Below, in pieces: positions 24,901 to 37,602 of a DNA stretch of 64,000 bases. Position numbers and translations under genes: made by a program. This stretch comes from Iphione sp. A-MEVVRFRX5 (Eukaryota). The notes below the pieces were generated by a model that saw only the letters and a program-made list of their open reading frames with translations, was not told the DNA's origin and did no database searches. The DNA is taken from positions 38,130,001-38,194,000 of the forward strand of contig OZ320319.1 in assembly GCA_976226885.1 (NCBI GenBank), in the 5' to 3' direction. Each line of letters starts with the position of its first letter. Positions within the stretch are counted from its first letter, which is position 1.

Positions 24901-27562
24901 ATTAGCGTGATCCAAGAAGTGCTAGTAGTATGATGAAAGTCGGGTTAATGACTGGCATGCGTGGATGGTGCCTGCTTAGCTCTAGGAGACGGGAGAGGGG
25001 AGCGATGCGGCCGGTCCAGGCCTGACACTCACAGCCAGCGCTGAGACCACAGAGGCAGATGTGCAGAGGGAGGAGGAGGAGAGGAGAAGGAGGAGGAAAG
25101 GACGGCGGATACAGAGGCTAGAGACAGCGGGAAGCGCTGAGGGAACTGCTCGCAGGTACTCCGATCCAATCGCCCTGCTGCCGCTGCTTTCGGCCCACAG
25201 AATCGCTCGCACCCGGCAGCATCACCGCCATCGGCATCAACCTCGGCGGAGGCGGCGATGTTGGCGTTGGCGGCGTCCGCTTCCAGCTGCTGCTGATGCT
25301 CGTCTTCCCTGCCTGCTTGCTCCTCGACGCAGGAGAACTTGCTCACCTGTGCTCAGGGCTGCACCCTCCTCTTACGGGAAAGCTGTCACCAGAGGCGTGT
25401 GGACTGGGCTACTAGGACTGTGAAAGTAGTAGTAGAAAATGCCGCCGCCAACGCAGCAGGCAGAATTGTCGTCGGCCCAAGCGCGTGTCAAGTGTGTATT
25501 TCAAGAACTGTCCTGCAACTAAAATTGACATGCGGGGCCCCTATCGTCATTCGGTGGTACCACGTCCGGCCAATGTACAGTTAATACCAATCGGAGACTA
25601 GTAAGCTACGAAGCTGATAGCAAAGCCTGCTGTCCAAACATGCTTCTGGCAAGTTGCAAGGACGGAATTCAGAGAGAAGAAACACCAAGGGCATTATTCT
25701 TACGCCAGGTGTGTTGCCATATAATCATTGATATTTAGCATGTTACTGTTACTGTTACGGCAAGTCATGGTCACTACTTTTACTTCACCTGCTCTGAATG
25801 CACGTTGTGACGTAAATCAACATTTATTATTTTAGTGGCTTTTTCTCCAAGGATTCCTTTGATATTTATTCTGCCCCATATATTGATCGCCCATTTCCCT
25901 CTGTATTATTTGTAGTCATAACATGTTCAAGCCTCAGAGCAATAATCGAACAGCGAAACCAGTCTTATTGAGCCAGGAGCCAGGATGCCACATCTCACTA
26001 TACACGAGTGTGATCACTGAGATTGGCATTAAAATCAGCCTTCGCGGCCATTCTCCGGTGAGCAGCTGGATTAATCAAAGCATGAGCATTAGCGACAGCA
26101 GCGGAGACGAGAGAAGGAGCACAGCGGGCGACTAGTGAGGAGACAAGGCGCCACCAGCGGCGCCAGCTGCAACGAGCGGAATGGGAGCAAACGCCAGGGT
26201 AAATGGAGAGTGGCTCAGGGCTGGCCTGGTTTGCTTAAAAATCCCCATTGGCCTGTGGGGCTAAGTAAGGGGCCAGCCAGGCCGGGCCAGTACTTTACAC
26301 GTCTATCTCACGAAGAGGGGGCGAGCGGCTCATATATAATGGGATACATGATGAATGTGATATGTTTTCTGATATTGCATTTGCAAGCAGCGGCGCGTCT
26401 ACTGTACGCCGAAAAACAAATCAGTTAGGAAGCATATGCTAACGTGCGTTTGTTCCCATTAGATATCAATATTTGTTTATGATCCCATAGGGAAAAGGAC
26501 GTTTCGTATTTGGCTGGGAACAATTGAGTAAATTATGTCAATGTAAAGTCCATGGTGTTGATGCTTTGCTAACTGGAATACCTATTTGTAACTGAGTGCA
26601 TACAACAGAATAGCCGTGTTGGTGAGTCTACGGTCGTTTAGGAACTATTAACAGTACATGCTCACTTTGCTCCCGTCGACAGTCTGCGCACGGGGACATA
26701 CGAGTTATTGTCAATCACGGAAAAATAATAGAAGAGAAAGGGAACAGAACAAACGTCATGTTTTATCATAGAGATAATTACCACTGGATCAATGACAACC
26801 TATTTGTTTGGATATGGAAAATATTGATGATTAAAGTCTGCATCATTATATATGCTTTACACATGTACAATATTGCATCTTGAAAGCAAGACAGATTATG
26901 AAGCTAAGCAACTAGATGACTTCAAAGTAGAAGGCCCTCTGTCAATATACGGTTTGTTTGGTCAATAGTTCTAATAGAATGAAATTATTTGTATGCGCAA
27001 TGTTGGATTCCAAATGCAAATCAAATGATAACAAGAAATCTGGAAAAACTGACATATTACCCTGTTAACTGTCCAAATACAACTGGATATGTTTGCTAAT
27101 GATATAATGTTAAACAAGGTTTTCCACCAACCAATGCAACATTATGAGTGCAGTAAGTTCTCTGCGTACCTTCATTCAAATGGTTTCAAAGATACATAGG
27201 CACTTGTTCTGCTCAGGTAACAGAATGCAGGCACATGTAATAATCCATTATTAGTGGTGAGGGTTGACCTTTGGTTTACATGTTTTTACCTCGGCCGTCA
27301 CAGACAGCAGAAACCCTGTAAGGCGACCACAAAGGGGGCAAGTTTATTCTACCCTAAGGGTCGGTTGCCTTACATGCGTTGAGGTGTTTTCATCTGCATT
27401 TCCCGTCTGTGTGCATTAACATGTGCATTTTACATGTGTTTTGCTTTCATGCAGCCTTACAGATAGGGGTGTCTATTGACAGTGCATTTATGATCTGTAA
27501 AATCTATGATAGATCTTTGATAAATGTATGAAAAAGGAGAAAATGTAGAAAAACTGCTGTTT

Positions 27563-27750
27563 CATGGAGATTGTGGCAGATCCATGGAGAAACTGCCCTG
27601 ACAACAGTGAATTTCAGGGAGAACATGCTGCAAAATGGCTATTTCATGGAGATTGTCGTAAATGCCATGGAGAGAGTGTTGAAAATTGCAAATTTCAAGG
27701 AGAAAGTGCTGAAAACGGCAAATTTCATGAAGAGACTGTGGAAAAGTGGT
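27563..27750. repeat. Degenerate 30-bp tandem repeat, about 5-6 units
   Basis: Units start at 27600, 27630, 27681, 27711 and 27741 (gaaaa..gcaaatttca.ggaga); gives a 10-aa periodicity in ORF 27564..27752. Confidence 0.7.
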
Positions 27751-27979
27751 AATGAGCAGAAATGTGCAGTGATCAAGTTTTTCCATGTCTGTTAACATGA
27801 TCTTATAACATGTCTGAATAACATGATGTTATTCTCCCCTGCTTCAAAGAATGTTTCAGGTATAGCACTGTCCGTTTTGCATCCATGAGCTTTAAATTAT
27901 CTATCAGGGACCGTTATAATGACCAATGGACCAAAACAAGGAACCCTAACGCACTCCAATGCACACCCCCACATTAGGC

Positions 27980-28106
27980 ACCCTCTATTAGAACAACAGG
28001 ATCAATAAAAATGGACCCAAACGGACCCAAAATGGACCTAAAATGCAAGGACACCAACGCAGGTAAGGAAACTGGCCTTAATGCAGGGTTGCCCTTATTA
28101 GAGGGT
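27980..28106. mobile_element. Degenerate inverted repeat related to the 44.5-kb MITE
   Basis: accctctattagaacaac vs reverse complement accctctaataagggcaac; adjacent gggaacagaac is the reverse complement of gttctgttccc in the 44.5-kb MITE. Confidence 0.35.
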
Positions 28107-30557
28107 TGATTTCCTCATAATATAAAATATAACTTTGGGAACAGAACGATTGCATTTAATTCTGAGTTGTTTGCTTGGTTGAGTTACCTGCAGAATGAGT
28201 GGCTGTGGATCTCAAATAGAAGAATCATATATTTGACCAACATGACTACATTGATCACAATTAGTTTTTCTTAGATCAGGCGCATTCGACCTATGGAGTA
28301 AAATAGCTATGCAAATGTCGAAACACTGGATAGTCTTAATATTCAGATTCTGAATGGAGCACTGGAACACGTTAGGCCAAGTCAACGTAACACAGTAGTT
28401 TTGAACCTGTTAGTCAACAATCCCCTTCAAGAGGAGCTCATTTTAGTAACGCCTGGTATAGATCTTCCCCTACCATACTTAAGAGTTATGAGCGTTCCGA
28501 ATATTCAATTGTTTCGATTTAAGATATCCCTGCCTAACGGTCATACTTTGTTTTAAAATAACCGGTTATTTTTATGTCGTTGTCGGGAGGCCAGACACGA
28601 TAGTTCTGACTTTCTGAACAAAGATCAACTGAGAATGGGAACATATGGTTCTCAAGGCTACACTGACGACGTCCAAACAATGTACACGGGGTGTTATTGC
28701 ATAAACGAGCCCACGTGTAAGTATAGTCAGTGTCCCGAAATTCACCGCCAGAGACTCGGTAGTATGTCTCGATGATGGCTGCTCTGAACCTCAGGCCACA
28801 CTCGTCGTATGCCTGCCACGCCTCATGCACGTTTCGAATATGAAGTGGACCCAGTCGGTTCGGCCTCGCTCCGGCATGTAGTAGCAGATTTTTGATATGT
28901 AGAGATTCCAAACGTTATGTCTGCAATACTTCGTAAAGCCCCGTAGACCCTCGCCCCTCTCCTCCTCGAATATATCACATCAGCACCTCTGTTGTTTTAA
29001 CCATTCCCAGCGTGTGCACTTAAGCAGAGGAAAGAGACGAGAACCATGAAGACGAGTTCTCCTTGGCTGGTCTTCAGTAAAGCGTCCCGTTTCATTATTC
29101 TACTCCCTTTAAATATGCCAGCCACAATGACAACCGGCCATCACCCTGCATTATTATTACACACGCGCGGATTATTCATGCAAAATGGACTTTTTGCCCC
29201 TCATTCTGAGGCACCTCCCTTCAATCTCCGGCCATTCATTCGACCATCTATAATATGGTCCCAGTCATCATGTGGCTGTCAGCGTCATATTTAATTGGTA
29301 ATTTTCTCAGACACAGTGTATGAATTAATTAATAGGAAGAGGCCCGATCAGTATTTAATCAAAGCTGTATTTAGGATTTCTCTCTTGAGAATACGTTGTA
29401 ATAACCAAAGAAACTATTCAAGGTACAGGATATGCAGTAATGTGAGGCGATAATATCAGCCTGTTTCCTAGACAGTTCTTCTTGGTGCAATAAAACGAGT
29501 TACTACCAGCCTAGCTGCTAAGCAGGGGTGATTGCCGAAAAAATAGATAACATGAACGATGAACAACACTAATTCTCTCTCCTCTCCGCTAAACTAAACT
29601 CAACGCACCTCTGAAAACCATTGTAGTTGACCTGCATGTTCAGTGACAGTTGCTGCATGAAAGCTCCATTATGCTCAATAGTATAGTAGAAAGGCTGCAC
29701 AATATTTAACAAAATGCCCTATACTGGCGACAAGATGATAATGATGATTAACGTGATCCAAAAACCCTGAGAAATCACAATCGAGGGATATGGCACCTAC
29801 ATTTAAATACGCACAGACCTCTAAATCACGTATATTCTTTGATGGGCTTTCATTCTAACGGAAATTACGTAGTGACATCTTCATCAAGATCATCTAATTA
29901 ATTACTCAAACGTATATGTAAACATGTACGACCTTTCCATAAAGACACTATTACCCCATCTATAATCTCCATATCTTAACATCCAGTTACTTCAGACGTA
30001 CTGATACACATTATATCACTAACGTCTCTTAAAGACAGCTGTCTATCGGACAGAGCAGCTCCGACCAGCTCATAAGTGGCTCGGGAGGAGGACAAAATGA
30101 TTGTGGCAGCCGATCGATATTTTTACTTATCTTAGGCTAACTGTCTGAAAATGCGACCACATTGTCTAGAACGCCTCAAGTAGAACGCCATGTTGATGGC
30201 TGTGGGCCGTTTCAGTTGCTCTTTACCACAGTATCCTCACCTTGCCAAACGCTAACCTCTAGTCCCGTATTCTTCATACAATGCAATACTTTGGGTGCTG
30301 CCTTGAACGACAGGGCGCACACGTCTTGGTTCGGGCTGCAGGCCCTTCCCTTCTGACTCTCCAGAGCAATCTGTACATGGCCATTGTCCGTGTTGGGAGC
30401 TGACACACAATGGCCAGAACCACGTGTTTTACCTTCACGGTTTTAGAACGATGAAAAAGCCACAGCATGGGATGGCTTTGAAGCGACAGTTAACACGTTA
30501 CAGCATCTACCGTGAAGAAGACAAACTGAACGACAGCCTCAGCACGGTTGGCAGCTT

Positions 30558-30592
30558 CAGGTAGATCCATCACTGCAGGTAGATCCATCACT
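30558..30592. repeat. 18-bp tandem duplication
   Basis: caggtagatccatcactg followed by caggtagatccatcact. Confidence 0.85.
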
Positions 30593-33452
30593 CGTTCTAA
30601 CAATCAGCCAGATGCTGTATGTATCACATATTTTAAGTAAATCTACAGCCAAATAAAATTTTTATCAAGGCATGGGAGTAAGGGGTTCTTCAAAATAGCT
30701 TCAGTGGCGTACTGGTTCCACCTCTTTTTTTCTTTTATCTGTGTACAATCTATATCAAAGGAATTCTGTTTTCCGTATATATTTTTCCCTTCATTTCGTA
30801 TTGAATGGTTCATTCGTTAAAGGGCGCGTCCTGGAAACCATTGATATGCATTGTGTATAAATCTTTTCATTATAAACTTCTCTCGGCATTCTATTTACTT
30901 TTTGGAACCTGGTCTTGTATATTTTTGTCGGAGGCATAGCTTCAAAGAGCCTTTTGAATCCAGGAAAGGCATGGTCGCTCTATAAATAACCTGGAAAGTG
31001 ATTGATACAGATCAAAGTGGAAACAATCAATAAACAATACCTTTATTTCCAATACTTGCGTTCAGAATCACCTGGAATTTCATAAGTACCTAGATATGTT
31101 TGCATGTGTTCTGTGTAAGCGGCTACGTGAAAACTGTAGTATTACGAATTATGATTGCTCTCTGATGAGGCCAGTTTTGCTTAATCCATCAGTGTAGGTC
31201 ACTGGCATGAACCAATTTTCAGGACCTTGCCAGATGCGTGCTGAAAATTATGTACAGAAGATTTGGATCGAAGAGTTATTTCGAATAACAGCGTCTATGG
31301 GCTGGTGAGGGATTAATTAACGTTCAATGGCCCATACCTGAGGATTTGCGATGCAGACAGACAAAACCTTTGATTAATGGGCGTTGGGGTCCTCTATTAA
31401 ACGATCAATGACCGCACTCGGCAGGTGTCACCAGGGAAACATGTACTATGTACAAGCTAGTTTATGGCTACAAACTGCCAGTACACGATGCTGCATATAT
31501 TGAATCAGAGTGGAACATGTCGTCAGAGGGGAAAGTTCCATGCTGCTCACGATCGATGGGTAGTTGTAAAATCTGTACTTATATAATTATATACATATAA
31601 TATTAGACTTAGGTTTAAAAAAGAGGACCAAGCTCAACTGACAACAAACACGTGTAGGTTTCCGAGAAAAAAAATAATCCACTCGTCGCAAACAAGACAA
31701 TTGGTCGGATAGCTCCAGGGGCAGTAACCAATGCAACGGATGTCCCTTAGCGAGCTGGTGAGAGTGGCTGGGCGGTAATGAGTGGCTCATTTGGTGGGTC
31801 ATGGGTGGCTCACATTATGAAGATTGGATTAGTTCAGGTTATTATGGACGGAGATTCTGCAGATGAGTTGTCGGTGGGGATGGTGATGGCGAAAGGGAGC
31901 ATGTTGGTGATTGCTGCAAGGTTACCACCAGCTGGTGTTGGAGTGCAGCGGTCAGGTTCTGCGGAAGGCTACGCGAAGGCGAATTAACAGGGCCATTATA
32001 GGACTGAAGGACGGTATCATTTTGAGTGAGCGTGCCCTGTGAATAATACGGAGACTTGCTTAAATATCGTGTGACAGGCTTGAGAGGACAGCTGTGAGAA
32101 TGCCACTCTCAGGTTAGCCTAACTACGTCCTGTAATACCTTGAAGACCTTATGGAGAGATATCATTTAGTCTCTGACAGCTATTAAGAGGAAACATGCCG
32201 CCAAGACTAAACTGATTAATTGCAACAGTGCACTAGATAAAGGTGTTTTAGAGTTCATCCTACAGTGATTGAAAATTCTAACGATTAAGGTTCGCTTCCT
32301 CAATTTTGAGGAACACGCAGCTTTGCTAGATAGGCCAAGGACTGTCACGACGGCTAGGCTGCCCAATCAGAGTGGACAGTTGCATCCTTTGGAGACCTGA
32401 TACAGACACTAATTCCACAGGATGCTTCGGGTCGAAGGTGGGGGCGGTGGGAGGGGGAATGCGGGGAGGGTGGGCGCCAGTAGGACAGCACGCTGCGTAT
32501 GTAGCGGTGAAGCTTTCGAGCCGGTAGGCGTGGTGGTATGTAAGGGTCCGATGGAGGCCGAGTAGGCAGTGGATGTCTTGGTGGCGGATGGTGGGTGGTG
32601 GTGATGTTTGTAGGAGGCATTTTGGTGTTGCGGCAGTCCGGCATCGAGCATAAGGGACTTGAGGCGCGACAGTTGCCAATGCTTGAAAACGATACGTCAG
32701 GGCATATTGGCAGGAGCTAAGGCAGCAATGCCACCAGCTAGGTGTGATTCACGCCAACTAGATGCAAACAACAACGGCCGCGCCTCGGGCAGTAATGAGA
32801 CTGCTTCCATCAGTCCAGGAACAGGTCACACTCATGGCGAGGCAGCGCTATCGATGAGGCAGTGCAACATGAATGCATCGGAAATGAAAGGGGCGGTCCT
32901 GACGTACCCCATTCCCACATGAAGTTCCAGAGACTTATATCTATGGTATTTTGTGACTGAGTAGTTGTAGAGTGCATGGGTAGAGACATATCATGTGTAC
33001 TGTGTACATTTCCGTCCGGGAGTATACTTGCGAACCCCCCTCGAGCGGGTTTCTTGCTTTTAAGGATCAAATATACCAAGTCAATCGGGACCTCACAGCT
33101 ACCGCCGTAGACATATGATTAGCGTGTCAAAGGTCTCCGATTGCTTTACATTGGAGTTCAGCGGAAACGGGTATTGGCTGGTACTCCGGAAACATTAGTG
33201 CAAGGGAACCAAACAGATGACGCAATATTTGTATGTGAATGTCAATATAGTTGCAGTACAGCAAGGTGTCTATGATGGGTGAATCCTTTTAAGGGACTGA
33301 GATCTTGAATAACCCAGGTAATTAATATGGCTCTGGTGCAAGGGGACTCTCCTGAATTGATTATGATTGTTATGACTACTCTGAGTCAGCTTATATGAGA
33401 TGAAATATTCAGTCTTCCTGCTATCAGATAACGTCCCATAAAGGGTCAGTAT

Positions 33453-33796
33453 ATTCATTCATTCCATTATATCTTTAACCAGGAATATATTCACCTATCA
33501 TCAGGGCACAGCTTTTTCATATCCTCCTGGGGTAGCAGACAACAAATTATTATTGAGAATTGGGAGACCAGAACACCAAGGGTTGTCTCCAACTTTTATT
33601 TTGAATAGGTTTCTGGGATCTCTTTGTACATAGGGGACAGAATCGTATATACACACAGCCTTTTAACGAGTTGTGCACTACTCTGAGTTGAGGCTACAGT
33701 ATAACTGTCTGGTCTTGATCAAGAGTCCCAAGCCCTGGATGGAACCTGCGACCTCTCAGTCAGTGGACCAGTGCTCTACCACTGAGCCAACTCCCC
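33453..33796 (-). mobile_element. tRNA-derived SINE (possibly Deu-domain type)
   Basis: Head GGGGAGTTGGCTCAGTGGTAGAGC has an A-box (33789-33779) and a B-box-like GGTTCCATCC (33746-33737). It is followed by about 270 nt of non-tRNA body and a short (GAAT)-like tail. The 3' boundary is approximate. Confidence 0.75.
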
Positions 33797-36700
33797 ACTG
33801 CTGAACATGACCTGAGTGTTTATGCAGGTCTGACCTTGAGCAATATTCATCCTGGAAGCATTTATAGTACAATGAATCTACAGCAAAGATGCTCATAATT
33901 GTGTAGCAGAACATAATTATATGTATATATATATACTGTTGTATCTAGGAAGACCCAGTCGGATTTTATCGATAACTCCTATTTGGATCATGGTATGTTA
34001 TCATCGTGGAGGCCTATACATGTACTAAAATAACTTTAATTCATATATTGACATATCTTTTTTACGAATGAACTCCCTAACCGAATCAATTACATGTACA
34101 TAATCGTACATATGCACGTATTTGAATATCTTTATGCATAGTCCTTTTCCATCGGACAAGACTGGCTGTTAAAACCGTCTAGAAATGCTCCCACATCGGT
34201 AAGATGTAAAACTATCATTTCAAAGGTCAAAAGCCATTTCCTGTAGGAACCTGAAGGTATTTTTCCTTTATGTCGAGACAATTGCATAGTCCCGGGAGTA
34301 TCATTCAGATCTGGCATGAATTATAAGATTACAACTATATTCTCTCAAGTAGTGAAAATAATTATACGTAAAACTATTTGCTTAAACGGGACCCCATCCG
34401 GATAAACAGAGATGGTTCTGTTGACATTCTGCAGTATGGTTACATGTGTATATCATTTTCTAATATCACCTCATACATGGTTATAGCTTCCTACCCCCTC
34501 GCCTTAAAAGAGAACGCGGATGAGTTAATTAATATATCCTCGATATAGTAGATAATTAAGGCCGTTCTATAACCATAACCTGTATTCATCAGCCTGACAG
34601 CGATTGCTCTTAAGATGCGCAATACATGAATAACATATACATGTACATCTAATTTTATCGAAGGTCACCCCTGCCTGCCGTACAATCTCCTCGAATCAAA
34701 GGGTTTCGTCCGTAGTTAGGATTTCTCCTTGAATGACTCGATGGGGTGACCGAAGACTTTGTTTCATATTACTACATCACTGTGCAGGAAATAATCTATA
34801 CAAGTGGGTATTACTAGTGATGGGTGGCCGTTGAAATTCTGACGTATCCTGACCGCCATAACATCAGCCCATTCACGTCTACGCTGCCGTTGGTGGAATG
34901 CCTTCCGGCCCAAGACTCGTATGACGTCAAAATGTTCTTTCGCCATGACAATGAGCGGTGAAAGGAAAAAAGTCGACCTACCTTCCTCGGATTGGTGGTT
35001 AGGCAGGTATAGCCAGTTGGCAGTTGGCGGCCTCTTTTTGCTCAAAAGCTGTAAGCGTACAATCCTCCAGCTGTTTGCTGTGAACTGAAAAGCTCCGTTC
35101 CCCCAAATTTGTTACCAATCAGAGAACTAGTTAACGGTAGGTGAGTGCATTGTTGGATCATCGTGTTTCTCAAGTGTCAAAAAGAGCTGAAATAAACTTA
35201 AAGAAACAGACTTTGAACTGTTATTTTCATTATAAAACCAAAAAACCAGTCGACGAACAAAGCGTAAAAGTAGATAGGGTACAAGATCATTGACTGTACA
35301 AAAAAAATCTGTAGGTAGCATAACGTGCTTACATACAAATATGAAAAACATGCAGTCTGTAGAACAAATGCCTTCTATGAGTCTCCATTTCAGAAGGAAT
35401 GCGTCGTCAAAATTTCACTTAAAACCGTACTGTAAAACATTCGGCATGAAGAGGTGTGCACCGTTCATCATATTGTATGTGTACACGTGTACATGTAGTT
35501 ATCTAAAACATGTATATATTAATATTGGACGCCGGATCTATCAATAAAATTTTCCCCTTAGACGGCACATTGGGAACAAGATTAACAATGAAAGAGCAAC
35601 AGTCTGTCCTGAAATAACATAAATCCATTAACATCATTTCCAAAAGCAAATCACAGAGAACAGAAGTGTGGCAATTGGCATAATAAATGAGAACATGTCT
35701 GGATGCGAAGAGCCCTCTGTCGGTGAACGGTCATCTAAATCGCTGACTGTCTGACACCTGGTGGAATGGGTGGAAAGTATGGCAACTATAAAATCTACTA
35801 CCAAGTGAAGCGATATAGTATTATTTGTTATATAATGTGTCTCGTCGTTTATCATATAAACATATATTCATTTCACCATATCATACGAGTGTTTTAGCGT
35901 TCAGCGACATATATATGCATACACATATAAATTTAAATGTATTCATACATCTACGAAGATCATATGTTATATTCAAAAACTTTATTTGCATGAGCTATTA
36001 TTCCAATATATACACTTGATATCAGTGAACTATTTGCAATGATACTATTTTCATCATATAACGTGAAAAATCAATTGCTGTATCTCTTAATATACCTTCA
36101 TCTGCATCCGACTTGGCTCCTGACATAAGGCAGAAATAGGAAGACTATGTACAATGCACAACATGCACACAATGCAGAGAGAATAATTGTTACCAAAAGG
36201 ACACAGACAAACAGTTAGCAAAATATAAATCCCACTCCTCAAGTATTGAAAATTACTGGTGAGGATATTAAAGTAATGTTAGATGACTTCATCATCTCAA
36301 GCGGAGGGGCCGTATACTAATGCATCTATTAATTTGGTGATTATATATTTTTCCTTTGGTGTACTTAGGATGCATGTGAATCGGGAGTCCAACAATGAAA
36401 CACAGTAGTCTATCTCCAATTTAGTGCTGTTCAGCGGGACCGTCATTCATTTATTGTAAATTCACGTTCCATTCCAGACGAACGTGATTTATTTGCAAGA
36501 GACGAGTGCATGGGATTTTCGTATTTTTAAGAGGAAAGGTGATTTTCGGAACGCCATCTTGAGAATCATTATAAAACTCTGATGTTACCTCTATCTATAT
36601 ATTTATCAATGGGGTTCCTCTAAGTAAACGGGCCAAAACGGTCTTGATGTGGTACGAAGTGATAAAATACGAGTTCATATCAAAATATCACTACAAAATA

Positions 36701-37467
36701 ACTCGATTTTGGGAGCTAGCTGCTATATTTTATCATATCAGAAAGAAAAAAATATGACTGCAGAAGTTCAGGGTGTTTTTACAAAAAGGCACGATCACAG
36801 CCACTGCCTACACAGCTCATTCAAAAAGAAACGTTTAAAAAACAAAAGGGCAGGCAGGGAAGGCAGCATCTGCTTGCACAAAGAGATCTGCTTTCAAAAG
36901 AGTAATTAAAATAGACATTACGATGCTAAGCATGCATATGGTAAGAAATTTGAATATTTCCATTCGTATTATAGAACTAACTTTAAAGATGGTGAAAGAA
37001 AAAGAATTTTGACGTAGTAACGACAACGTCTTTTCGCCATCATACTAACAAATGTTTCCTATCCCAACAAAGATAGATTGGAAAAGATATCAAAATATGT
37101 TCTACCAAAAGTATGTTTCAATCAGAACTTTAATGTGGTGCAACTATTTTTCTGTAATAACTCATAAGCCTACCTGGGGCAATGGACCAATACTTCTAGA
37201 GGTCGGTGTCTTTTAAGACTAATGAGGGAGGGTAGCCATGGAGCAGTGTAGCAGTATGATGGGTGGGTGGAGGGTTGGAGCGCAGGCCATGTTTAATGTG
37301 AACAAAAAAGGAAGTGGGCAAAATGCATTTTTTGCACGTAGTTCTCAAAAACTACGTATTAATTTCAGGCGTATTAGAGCTCTAAGGGTGGTTGGTAGTG
37401 GTGGTTGTGGTAGTAGGGGTGCTGTAGGTAGCGGCATTCGTTATACGTGTTACTCTGGATCTCACAC

Positions 37468-37602
37468 CTGGACTGGGGTTTCTTGCGCCGGTGTGTCCTC
37501 GCATTGATGTGGGACAAACTGACTGGGCTTAGGCTTCCATTCGCCGGCTGGTCAAACTCGTCTCGACTCGAATCCTCGAGGGCCGAGTCCGGATTAGACT
37601 CC
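37468..37602 (-). CDS. PDE1: Probable symmetric cassette exon of PDE1, 135 nt, (R)ESNPDSALEDSSRDEFDQPANGSLSPVSLSHINARTHRRKKPQSR
   Basis: Acceptor tgtttgtgttatcgtgccgtag|G and donor CCAG|gtgtga. Phase 2-2 matches both flanking exons; open and coding-like (inside ORF 37374..37625). Confidence 0.6.

Noticed and set aside
27563-27798. CRISPR array or repeat-protein ORFs (27562..27798)
   Set aside because: Degenerate head-to-tail minisatellite with no unique spacers in a eukaryote; the ORFs result from the 30-bp period.
33725-33796. Functional tRNA gene
   Set aside because: The D-arm is good, but the anticodon, T and acceptor arms do not pair, and a non-tRNA body follows; called a SINE instead.
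34982-35048. 67-nt exon-like segment (cag|...AAG|gtaggt)
   Set aside because: It has a stop in the phase-2 frame PDE1 needs, and the only open frame is phase 0 to 1. It may be a UTR exon or chance.
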